A stretch of DNA of 36,433 nucleotides, from positions 1 through 36,433 of the IMG/VR virus record IMGVR_UViG_3300037847_003348. One strand, 5' to 3'. Below are positions 1 through 8,100 of the stretch, one piece after another. Source of the DNA: a virus (taxonomy: Duplodnaviria > Caudoviricetes). Below the pieces are notes generated by a model. The model was not told the origin of the DNA. It ran no database searches and worked only from the letters and a program-made list of their open reading frames with translations. Positions within the stretch are counted from its first letter, which is position 1. Every line of letters begins with the position of its first letter. Position numbers and translations under genes: made by a program.

Positions 1-100
1 TTTAGGATTCCTAAATACATCCTTTTATTTTCACTATCATTTTTAGCCATTGCTGTATTGCTATTAAATTCATCTGTGAAGTCTGGCCTACCCTCTATGA
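1..100. repeat. Terminal direct repeat (circular-assembly overlap), copy 1
   Basis: 1-98 is identical to 36334-36431; position 99 g vs 36432 a, position 100 matches. Confidence 0.97.
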
Positions 101-224
101 TTGACCTATCTTTTTTGTCTTTTAAATGCTCATTAAACAACATCGCTGTTGCTCCATAAAACTTGACATAAGGAGTCATTAAATGAGTGGCCTTTTTGGA
201 CCGTTTAGAGCGTTTCTTAACCAT
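1..224 (-). CDS. 5' part of a ~345-aa hypothetical protein that spans the circular junction (continues to 35520)
   Basis: Open frame from ATG at 224 (MVKKRSKRSKKATHL...NSNTA) runs in frame into MAKNDSENK, adding 58 aa; GGTGTGA RBS-like sequence upstream. Confidence 0.85.
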   Translation of the reverse strand, partial: MVKKRSKRSKKATHLMTPYVKFYGATAMLFNEHLKDKKDRSIIEGRPDFTDEFNSNTAMAKNDSENKRMYLGIL

Positions 225-324
225 CTTTATCACACCTGAGGCATACCCTGCCTCTCTCCTCTAAAAAGGCATAGAGCGCCCCACATTCACATCTGAGGAA
301 CGCGTCTAATTCTGCCATTTTCAT
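217..324 (-). CDS. 35-aa Zn-finger microprotein
   Basis: Manual translation MKMAELDAFLRCECGALYAFLEERGRVCLRCDKDG; CxC...CxxC; overlaps both neighbours. Confidence 0.7.
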   Translation of the reverse strand: MKMAELDAFLRCECGALYAFLEERGRVCLRCDKDG

Positions 325-563
325 TATTTCTCCACTCGTGGAATGATTTCTAAATCTTCCAATCTATCAATAGTTTGGTCAAAGATTACATCCTCTTCAA
401 AGCTCAATTCCTCGCCTCCGATTGTAACGTTTAATTCATTACAATAACTATCGTATTCAAGAGTAGGTTCTTCTAACCAAATAACCGCACCTTCATTGTC
501 GAGGAAATCCTTAGCCATTTCTAAAGTCTTTTTGACTATCGTTTCTATTAGTTTTCTATCCAT
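324..563 (-). CDS. Acidic hypothetical protein (~79 aa)
   Basis: ORF track 324..572; the ATG at 563 is preceded by GGAGGTGA, so it is the likelier start. Confidence 0.75.
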   Translation of the reverse strand: MDRKLIETIVKKTLEMAKDFLDNEGAVIWLEEPTLEYDSYCNELNVTIGGEELSFEEDVIFDQTIDRLEDLEIIPRVEK

Positions 564-582
564 GTTTTTCACCTCCTTTTAT

Positions 583-765
583 TTATTCCATTGACTCCAA
601 AATACTCTCACATTCTGGAGCATGATTAACTATCATGTTTAAGAATCGCACATAGGCGTCCTTTTCATATTCACTCATATCCTCCTGAGAATCATACATA
701 TGTTCGAGACAATCCCACATATCATTCACTGTATTCTCGTACCTACAATAACTCATATTAGGCAT
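583..765 (-). CDS. Small acidic viral protein (MxNMSYCRxENT-type N-terminus)
   Basis: ORF track; TAATG coupling with the upstream gene; N-terminal motif recalled from small phage proteins of unknown function. Confidence 0.75.
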   Translation of the reverse strand: MPNMSYCRYENTVNDMWDCLEHMYDSQEDMSEYEKDAYVRFLNMIVNHAPECESILESME

Positions 766-950
766 TACTTTTCACCTCTTACTCCTGCTGAATAAGTTGC
801 AGGTATTGTAACGTTTTTAATTCTAGCTAAAACACTACTGATGTAGGTAGCAGATAATTGAATGTCTGGTTGAGATTCAATCAATGCCATTAGTTCTTTG
901 ATTTCCTCAATGCCTTCATCCATAGTAATTCTACTTATGTGTTTAGACAT
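765..950 (-). CDS. Hypothetical protein (61 aa)
   Basis: ORF track; TAATG coupling on both sides. Confidence 0.75.
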   Translation of the reverse strand: MSKHISRITMDEGIEEIKELMALIESQPDIQLSATYISSVLARIKNVTIPATYSAGVRGEK

Positions 951-1072
951 TAGAAATCAAACTCCATTCTGAGTGTTTCCATAAGGTCAAGTTTGTAATC
1001 AATACAAACCCGACAGTCGCATTGCTGGGCGTTTGTTGAGGCATTGCAGCCTCTTGGTTTTGCGTAGTTCAT
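950..1072 (-). CDS. 40-aa Cys-rich microprotein, first gene of the leftward operon
   Basis: MNYAKPRGCNASTNAQQCDCRVCIDYKLDLMETLRMEFDF; GGTAATACA leader; stop overlaps the next ATG. Confidence 0.7.
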   Translation of the reverse strand: MNYAKPRGCNASTNAQQCDCRVCIDYKLDLMETLRMEFDF

Positions 1073-1120
1073 TGTATTACCGCCGGTTAGTCGCCTAACC
1101 AAATCTCCACAGGGGGCAGT
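1073..1120 (-). promoter_or_regulatory. Archaeal TATA promoter with GNRA-loop hairpin before the start codon
   Basis: TTTATATA at 1112-1119; GGTTAG-GCGA-CTAACC hairpin at 1085-1100; GGTAATACA before ATG. Confidence 0.65.
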
Positions 1121-1374
1121 GTATATAAACCTTGCGTTAACCTTTTATACCCCCTTCTACAAAATTTTCTCTATATTGGGGTTTATAAGGCCACCGGTCA
1201 AAAAACCGAAATTTAAAGAAGCGTCTATATATACTTCCTTTATATGCAAATCATTCTAAAGCGTTTTAACACATGGTGTATATAGTCCCCTTGTGATTGT
1301 ATACAAATAGCACTTTGGACGCTTAACGGCCCTTAAAATGCACGTTTTTGTTTCAGTTAACAACCTCTAGTTGT

Positions 1375-1550
1375 TATCCTAAATGTCAAAAAATACAATA
1401 ACCTAAAAACCAAAACTCCTAAAAAACCTAATCACCTAATCAACCCAAATAACCTAAAAGACATTATAACCTAAAATACAATATGGCTTATCGCCATTAA
1501 TCTAAATCCCCCAAATCTCCTAAAAAACCTATTAGGTTATTTGCCCTAAT
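1375..1550. repeat. CCTAA-rich repeat cluster, candidate replication origin/iterons
   Basis: About nine CCTAA motifs in ~175 bp; 15-bp direct repeat CTCCTAAAAAACCTA at 1416-1430 and 1517-1531; G-poor strand; lies between divergent promoters. Confidence 0.5.
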
Positions 1551-1559
1551 GTCCAGAGA

Positions 1560-1633
1560 CCATAAAGTATATATGCACCCTCCGCCATGTCATTCTGCTA
1601 GGAGTCCTTTATCCTAGTAGAGGTAATACACCT
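1560..1633 (+). promoter_or_regulatory. Plus-strand promoter and 5' UTR hairpin
   Basis: CCATAAAGTATATAT at 1560-1574; stem CTGCTAGGA/TCCTAGTAG at ~1595-1620; GAGGTAATACA before ATG 1634. Confidence 0.65.
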
Positions 1634-1987
1634 ATGAACAATACGCCCCCAATGAACATCTATATACAGAAGTCAGCTACAGGTGGAAACACTTATGAGA
1701 CAGGATGCCTTATCTGTCAAGGTGAAGGCTCCGGTCTGATAAACATGGTTCCACTCCCGACACATAGAACGGTTTCAACTGATTTGGAAACAGGTGAATT
1801 GATATTCAATTACATCTGCAAATCTTGCGTTGATTCTGGCCCTCCCAATTTTACTTGGTTTTGGGTCGAAAAATTACCGGTCTTCCCCGATGACATCGCG
1901 GTAACTGAAATACCCAGCTACCTTGATGAATGGGGAAAAAGACAAATGTGTAAGGATAGAAATATCAAGCACGACGACTACGCTTGA
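1634..1987 (+). CDS. 117-aa putative Zn-binding protein
   Basis: CLIC...CKSC pair; has its own promoter and RBS; one of only two credible plus-strand genes. Confidence 0.75.
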   Translation: MNNTPPMNIYIQKSATGGNTYETGCLICQGEGSGLINMVPLPTHRTVSTDLETGELIFNYICKSCVDSGPPNFTWFWVEKLPVFPDDIAVTEIPSYLDEWGKRQMCKDRNIKHDDYA

Positions 1988-1989
1988 AA

Positions 1990-2230
1990 CACCGGCTACC
2001 ATAAGACTCCGGTCTTATGGGGCCAAAGGTGACCAAGGGTTTTTCTTTCCCTGAATCAAACCTAACGGCTACAGGGTGTCACCAGACGTAGCGGTGGTAC
2101 GGCCTACCACTATCCTAAAACAGGCCAGCATTTGCTCCTTGTCTGAGTTGACTGTCCTACGGGAAGCTGTCAAGGACGGAGCAATCGGTTAGAGAAGATG
2201 AAAATAGCAAAATAGTATTGCACTCTAACC
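1990..2230 (+). ncRNA. Unknown structured RNA (multi-hairpin, pseudoknot)
   Basis: c(UCCG)g hairpin 1994-2024; GGTGAC/GTCACC helix 2028-2083; H-type pseudoknot 2093-2126; long hairpin with c(UACG)g 2132-2184; GGTTAGAG/CTCTAACC helix 2187-2230. Confidence 0.7.
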
Positions 2231-2241
2231 ACCTTACATTT

Positions 2242-2436
2242 ATGAATTACAAAAAACAAATAGAACGCTACAAGCAACTAAGAGAAATCTATTATGGAGA
2301 ATCTGAAAATAAAGTTGTCCTTGATGATGATGAATTTAAATCAATGCTGATTCAATTAAAAAGAAGCATTATGGCAAAAAGAAATCGGTCAACAGAAAAT
2401 CAAAAGCTATACAAAACCGGATTTCCAGAGGAGTAG
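2242..2436 (+). CDS. ~64-aa basic helical protein
   Basis: ORF track 2218..2436 (TTG start); ATG at 2242 lies just after the last RNA helix; no clear SD sequence. Confidence 0.55.
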   Translation: MNYKKQIERYKQLREIYYGESENKVVLDDDEFKSMLIQLKRSIMAKRNRSTENQKLYKTGFPEE

Positions 2437-2450
2437 GGTAAGTTTAACCC

Positions 2451-2627
2451 TTAGGACTTTAGCTTTCTAATGACTTCCTGTGTCTCTTCTACTGTCAATG
2501 TCTTAGCCTGTACTTTAGTATTTTTTCTATTCATACTATAATTACATTTGAAACATCTCCAAGATTTATTCTTGTCGTCCCCTGCCCTAAATGTATAACA
2601 CCTAGGGCATCTCAAGACATAGAACAT
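2451..2627 (-). CDS. 58-aa Zn-ribbon protein, DUF1922-like (archaeal)
   Basis: MFYVLRCPRC...SWRCFKC...TVEETQEVIRKLKS; architecture matches archaeal DUF1922 as recalled. Confidence 0.7.
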   Translation of the reverse strand: MFYVLRCPRCYTFRAGDDKNKSWRCFKCNYSMNRKNTKVQAKTLTVEETQEVIRKLKS

Positions 2628-2710
2628 TAGAAGTCTTTTATTATTTGTTTACAGATGACACACTGCCATCCTTTATCGTTACACACTTGTGCTTCATGTT
2701 TACAGCTCAT
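2627..2710 (-). CDS. 27-aa Zn-finger microprotein
   Basis: MSCKHEAQVCNDKGWQCVICKQIIKDF; coupled by overlaps. Confidence 0.6.
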   Translation of the reverse strand: MSCKHEAQVCNDKGWQCVICKQIIKDF

Positions 2711-2817
2711 ATTTTGGGGGCCATAAGGTGTTCAATGAACGAACACGTAATAAGAGTGGGTAATACAATCGTCGTGCGTAGTTCTCTTACGCCTCTATTC
2801 CTTATGACCTTTCCCAT
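2707..2817 (-). CDS. 36-aa hypothetical microprotein
   Basis: MGKVIRNRGVRELRTTIVLPTLITCSFIEHLMAPKI; fills the gap exactly, with ATGA overlap downstream. Confidence 0.45.
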   Translation of the reverse strand: MGKVIRNRGVRELRTTIVLPTLITCSFIEHLMAPKI

Positions 2818-2985
2818 TTAAAGTTGTTTTACGAAGTCTTTGAATTCGTTTATTGCTTTCAATACTTTGTCTACCTTTCTCTCTAAAAGACAGGACTTAC
2901 AATACTTGTGGTGCCCTTGTGTTGGGACGTCAAGCCTTGTTATATGTCCTTCCTGTTTACAGGTAAAACAATTACTGTAAGGCAT
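2818..2985 (-). CDS. 55-aa Zn-finger microprotein
   Basis: MPYSNCFTC...YCKSC...; AGGAGA upstream. Confidence 0.7.
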   Translation of the reverse strand: MPYSNCFTCKQEGHITRLDVPTQGHHKYCKSCLLERKVDKVLKAINEFKDFVKQL

Positions 2986-3070
2986 CCATCTCCTTTTTTG
3001 TTTTCTTAATGTAAGCTTCCCACTTACGAATAACCTTCTCTCCCTTTGGAGTTACAATCCACTCACTCAT
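2972..3070 (-). CDS. 32-aa microprotein
   Basis: MSEWIVTPKGEKVIRKWEAYIKKTKKEMDALQ; GGAGGTGA RBS. Confidence 0.65.
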   Translation of the reverse strand: MSEWIVTPKGEKVIRKWEAYIKKTKKEMDALQ

Positions 3071-3216
3071 GGTGGGTCACCTCCTAAGTAAACATATTCT
3101 AAATATTTTAAACACGTCTCTGTGTTTTTCATTTGTTCTCTAATATGAAATATCTGTGTTTCTAATATAGTTGCATTAACATTTGTTAATGTCAAATCCC
3201 TTGCGTCTTTACTCAT
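3067..3216 (-). CDS. 49-aa microprotein
   Basis: MSKDARDLTL...YLGGDPP; ATGA overlaps at both ends. Confidence 0.6.
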   Translation of the reverse strand: MSKDARDLTLTNVNATILETQIFHIREQMKNTETCLKYLEYVYLGGDPP

Positions 3217-3353
3217 TGGGACAACCTCAATATCTCTTCTTCTGCAAATTCCTTTGTCATAGAATTAACTAAACCTTCTGGAGCTTTTAGAATATCAATA
3301 CACAAAAGTAAATACTTGTGTTTGTTTACCAACACTTCTTCTGTCTTACTCAT
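3213..3353 (-). CDS. 46-aa microprotein
   Basis: MSKTEEVLV...ILRLSQ; overlapping coupling. Confidence 0.6.
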   Translation of the reverse strand: MSKTEEVLVNKHKYLLLCIDILKAPEGLVNSMTKEFAEEEILRLSQ

Positions 3354-3480
3354 CTATTAACTCCGCTTCTATGTATTCAACATTGTTTGGACATCCTATA
3401 TCTTGATGTTCCATTGCTTCTTCTTCAGTGTCTGCCCACACTGTTTGCCATCCTTTGATTGTGACTTTCCATTTTGACAT
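3346..3480 (-). CDS. 44-aa acidic microprotein
   Basis: MSKWKVTIKGWQTVWADTEEEAME...; GGTGA RBS; TAATG coupling. Confidence 0.7.
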   Translation of the reverse strand: MSKWKVTIKGWQTVWADTEEEAMEHQDIGCPNNVEYIEAELIDE

Positions 3481-3779
3481 TAGTCACCGCCATACTGTTT
3501 TAGTAGTTCTTTGAGTTTCTTAGCTTCTGAGGCTTTTAAGGCCTTACCAGCCTCTTCTGGTACTACCCCAGCCAACTCATCTTTAACAGTCCTTAACGCG
3601 TCTTTAAGGTGTATCCTTGCGCGTCTTAGCTCATACTCATAGACTTCCATTGCCTTTTCTAAATCCAAAGCATCTTCATCACTTATAGTATAAGTTGTTT
3701 CTATATCAGCGCGAGCTGATTCATATTGCTTGTCCGTGGGCGTTGTTGCCCCTAGTTTTATTGTTACCTGTTTTATCAT
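3480..3779 (-). CDS. Hypothetical protein (99 aa), first gene of the microprotein operon
   Basis: ORF track; GGTGATACA leader; TATA at ~3827-3834. Confidence 0.8.
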   Translation of the reverse strand: MIKQVTIKLGATTPTDKQYESARADIETTYTISDEDALDLEKAMEVYEYELRRARIHLKDALRTVKDELAGVVPEEAGKALKASEAKKLKELLKQYGGD

Positions 3780-3824
3780 TGTATCACCATTGTTTTACAT
3801 TGAGTAGAATGTCATTACGGCTAG

Positions 3825-3836
3825 TCTATATAAGCA
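3825..3836 (-). promoter_or_regulatory. TATA box of the microprotein operon
   Basis: CTTATATAGAC on the minus strand. Confidence 0.6.
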
Positions 3837-3847
3837 TTACGCCCGAC

Positions 3848-4034
3848 AGACAGACACCTTCATTTCCACTGGAACTTTTTGGATGAGTGACAGCAAGTTT
3901 AACCCTCAGGATTTGCCTGTTTTAAGCACAACAAGGCTAAAAAAAACAAAAAAGGTTCGACGGCTTATTATGAAAAATGTAAATAAACTTCTTTATTCTA
4001 ATAAAATCTCCAGTGGAAATGAAGGTGTCTGTCT
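3848..4034. repeat. Perfect 26-bp inverted repeat pair flanking a 135-bp spacer
   Basis: AGACAGACACCTTCATTTCCACTGGA (3848-3873) is the exact reverse complement of 4009-4034. Confidence 0.95.
3939..3953 (-). terminator. Oligo-T archaeal-type terminator for the structural operon
   Basis: Minus strand T6-G-T8 about 80 nt downstream of the last tail gene. Confidence 0.45.
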
Positions 4035-5153
4035 CTATCTAACTAATCTAATTAATTCTTGTACTGATAGTTCTTTTTCACCAAGAGAAAGAGTTGTTAT
4101 TCCTCCATCAAAATCTGTACTTATACTCTGTATGGGGAGGGTTCTTTCTCCTATTATATTGCTTGTCACACTTACATACTGACCAAGACAATACGCATTA
4201 TCATTAGATATTTCTATCTCATATTTTATTGTTGGTTTAGAAAACCTAGATACAAGCTCAAAAGCAGTTGTTTCTATTACTTCGCGTCTTGTCTCATTAG
4301 TAGATACTAAACTTGAAGAAACCCCATATTGACTAATTGATGAATTATCATTATGTGTAAATACTAAACCTATCTTTTGATTTTCAACAGTGAGAGAGTT
4401 TATTAGTCTTTGAGTGTCTATGGTAGGTGAAATGTTATAGGCGTTGTTACTATTCAAAGAAACAGATAATACTGGCTTGTTGTTTACATTGTCTGGGTCT
4501 AATTTGTATATGTCAAACACATTATTAGTTTTTATTGCGTATTGATAATACACAGGATTGATTGCATCAAAATATTTGGAACTGTCTGTGGCTATTGATA
4601 CCGAATTAGCAATACATGAATCAATAAACTGTTTCCTAGTTTTTAATCCAGTCAGCCCCATTTCTGGAGTTGCATCTATTCCAATACCTCCTACTAGATT
4701 AGTTGTGTCTATCTGCTCAATGTTTGCTGCATCTGCTATCAGTGTAAACAAATCTCTACCTATTACATCTTCAGGTTTGTATTCTTCTATCTGAGATGTT
4801 TTAAGTAATGAAATATAATCATAAGCAGTTACTGAAGCTCCATGTGGTGTAGGGTTTACTTGTCGTATGATACCTTGAAAATGATAATGATTAGTATAAC
4901 TATATCCAAAGTTTGTAGCACTGTTAGTTATAGTGTTTATATTTGGAGGTACACGGCCAACAAGCACAGTAATCTTTGCACCTAATCTGCATTTAAGCGA
5001 ATCCTCTAAGCTATTAACACTAAACTCTACAATTCTTGCAGCGTTTATCTTTTGACTATATCTTAAATTTGTTACAGATATTGTTTCGTTATCATCTATA
5101 ATTATAGATACATCACTACTGTTTACTAAAGGGTCAGAACTTATTATTGCCAT
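4035..5153 (-). CDS. Putative baseplate hub/tail-tip protein
   Basis: Last gene of the tail module; FxG-I...V.AYD...L motif and C-terminal LGQYVSV...TTLSLG typical of hub proteins. Confidence 0.6.
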   Translation of the reverse strand: MAIISSDPLVNSSDVSIIIDDNETISVTNLRYSQKINAARIVEFSVNSLEDSLKCRLGAKITVLVGRVPPNINTITNSATNFGYSYTNHYHFQGIIRQVNPTPHGASVTAYDYISLLKTSQIEEYKPEDVIGRDLFTLIADAANIEQIDTTNLVGGIGIDATPEMGLTGLKTRKQFIDSCIANSVSIATDSSKYFDAINPVYYQYAIKTNNVFDIYKLDPDNVNNKPVLSVSLNSNNAYNISPTIDTQRLINSLTVENQKIGLVFTHNDNSSISQYGVSSSLVSTNETRREVIETTAFELVSRFSKPTIKYEIEISNDNAYCLGQYVSVTSNIIGERTLPIQSISTDFDGGITTLSLGEKELSVQELIRLVR

Positions 5154-8100
5154 TAAGCAATTTCCTCACCGACCACTATGAAACTCAAGCGTGCAGTATA
5201 TTGAGCTGCATTGTCTGGGGATTTATTTATGCTACCACTACTTAATTTTAATCTATAACTTTTGTAAACGGTAGCTGGCGAATCTATTTCGTTACTATCT
5301 AAAAATACAAAATCATATCTGTCTCCTTCAACTAAAGACCATATTTGTCTGAAACCCGCCTGTGTGAGTATTCTAATATTTGCACTCATAGTTATGTCAC
5401 CAAGCTTAGTGTTGAATCCTGCAATAGGATATTTTCTATCTCCTAAAGCCATTGCTGAATTAATACCACCACTCCTTGATATGCTTGTATCAAGTATTGC
5501 TATATCAGAAACTGCTAAGCTGTCTAAGTCTAATGTTCTAGGAGTTACTCCTCTTACGATTGTCTCTGTATATGCATCTCTGTGTATCCAAGGAGCTGTG
5601 GCTGCTGTAGGGTCTGTGCCTGTATTGTTAGCATCTATAACTCCTCCTGCAAACAAAAAGTCATCTGCCTCGCCATCATAAGTATCACTAGACGAATTAA
5701 AACTGCTTAGAGTAACTGTGCGTGATGGATTCATTGCATTATCAAATCTAACTATGTCTGCTGCTGTGTCTGTGTTTTGTGTTCCTATGCTTGTCGTAAT
5801 AAACAACGCCTCATCATCTGTTAATAAATCTGTAGAGTCTGCAACTTCAATACTGTCTCTAGCAGCCGTAATTAGAGGGTCTGCACCAGAATTAAACATT
5901 CTCATTATCTTAAAGTACTTAGGTGCAGTATAAGTTCCGTTATTCGTGGTGTTACCTACTTTAATTATATCTCCTTCTAAAAAGCCATGATTATACCAAT
6001 CTAATGCAGAAGTGCCTGTAGAATTAGCATCTAGTACTGTTTGAAGCTCTATAGTTTCGTCTGTATCAAAATCTATACCATCGCCAGAGCTATCGCCTAC
6101 AATGCGTGCAAAGCCACCCCAACGCCAATACGCACCATCATTAGTTGTTGGAACTACAGATTCATTTCCTGCAATTCTTAAATCTCTGTTAATAAACATA
6201 TTATGGTTGATGACTTTAACAGGAGTATTATTTCCATGAGTTACTGGCGTTGAAAACATCATACCGCGGTACACCGTTAAATTAGTAGACGAAGCTATTG
6301 TTCTTATTTGCATGATTTCATCTGAACCGCTAGTGTCGCTTCCTTTGACTAATATAAAATCACCAACATCATAATTTTGCGTATCTGGGTCATCTACTAC
6401 AATATTCGTTTGTGTTGCATTGTTAACTGTACCATTAAGTAATGCTACATCATTTGTTTCAACATCTGCGTTGGCTACCTTTAACACATATCGAGTGACC
6501 TCTACATCATTAGAACTTATGTCAACAGCTACAATACAATCTATAGATTTATAGAAGTTAGTAGAAACTGTTTCTGTTAATCGTTGTGCATTGACTGTGA
6601 TTGTCTCACTTACATATTTATAGTGTGAAAACGTACCGCCTGTATTGATGTCAGAGGTTGGACTCGTATTGTCTGCTTGAAACGACGCTACTCCAAATAT
6701 CTTAAACTTAGCATCAGAGTGGTCTTCAACTGCGCCAACGTTTACAATCGCAACACGCTTTGAACCAGAATCAAAACAAGAGTTATCATTAGTAAGACCA
6801 TTAGCACAAGCAATAGGCTGAGGTTCAGTAGAACTGTTACTGCCTTTACCAACTCTATATGAAAACAAATGATGTGTTAATTCATTGTCACTACCTATTG
6901 CTTTTGAATTAGATAATGATAATGTCAATCCTGCAACGTTGTCTCCGTACTGAGCATACGGCACTTTAGTTCTACTTGCACTTAATTTAGCTATAGGATT
7001 AGATTCACTGACGTTTACTGCTATATGTGCAGGGTCACTACGGAATCCATTTGCATCTTTTACATAAGCAACAGCCGTGTGTGATGTTTTAGCTTTAGGA
7101 TACTTGTAACTAAATGTGTGTAAAGATGTAGGATTTGTCAGCTTTGTAAATAAAAATTTAGTATCGTCTACTTTAAAAATTGAAGCACCGCTACTATGTG
7201 ATGCGGCAGTGCTGCCTAATGCGCCCCGCACAAATGTAACTCTGTTATTAGGTGAACTGCCACCTTCAAAACCAACTATACGCAAATATTCACTGTCTAT
7301 TTTTATTAAGTCTCCTATTTCAAAAGGAACCTCTGAACTAAATTCATGTTGAATATTGCTAGAGTTTAACGTACCAGAAGCAACCGTAGCACCTGTATCT
7401 GCGACTATATCATCTACACTTGGATGAAATGCATACTCTGTAAACTGTCCTTCAAAATCTCCAAGACCTGCGCCAGTGGTTGCATTCTTACTAGTTGTTA
7501 AAGTAAATACATTTTCATCGCCAATGTTTATTGCACCTGTTGCGCTATCAGTCATGGTGATTGCAGGTCTACGTATTGTAACTATATTACTTGAACCTCC
7601 ATTAGTGTCTGTATTATAATTGTCTTCTGCATATAATCTGAATGTAGTTCTAGCAGGTGTGTCTCCAGTGCTATTTCCAGTCGTATCAATACTATTTCCT
7701 GAATCAAAAGCTAAGGGAAAAAGATGTTCATAAGCAACCTCAGAACCTCCGCTAGCATTGTATATGGCAGTGCCTGCATCTTCTGTAAGTTCAGTAGTTA
7801 ATATTTCCGTTCTACCAATGTCTGTAAAATCAGTTGACACTGTAGTAGTATCTACGCTAGTATCAATCCTATGTTTTACTACTGCTTCATCTTTACTTGG
7901 CGTTATTTTAATTATACCATTTATACCGCCTGCATCAGGTACAACTTGAATTGTTGGCGGTTCAGGCGTTGGCTTATTAAAAAATACTTTTATTTTAGGT
8001 CGGTCAGCTTCAGCACCGTCCATCATGCCAATCGTCATGTTTACACTTGAGTACAAAATAAACTGAAACTCTGAGCCAAAAGTAATATCATTTACATCTA

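Noticed and set aside
1-100. Biological terminal repeat of the virion DNA
   Set aside because: It falls mid-gene and its length fits an assembler overlap, so it is more likely a circular-assembly artefact.
1375-2070. Telomere-like CCTAA/TTAGG repeats plus AAACCTAAC in the structured RNA, suggesting a telomerase-like system
   Set aside because: The repeats are irregular, not tandem, and no reverse transcriptase is encoded; kept only as an origin candidate.
1990-2230. Known self-cleaving ribozyme (hammerhead or HDV-like)
   Set aside because: No CUGAnGA/GAAA core and no convincing HDV topology by eye.
1120-2240. Mini-CRISPR array or tRNA in the non-coding regions
   Set aside because: No regularly spaced 25-40-nt repeats and no cloverleaf/T-loop signature seen.
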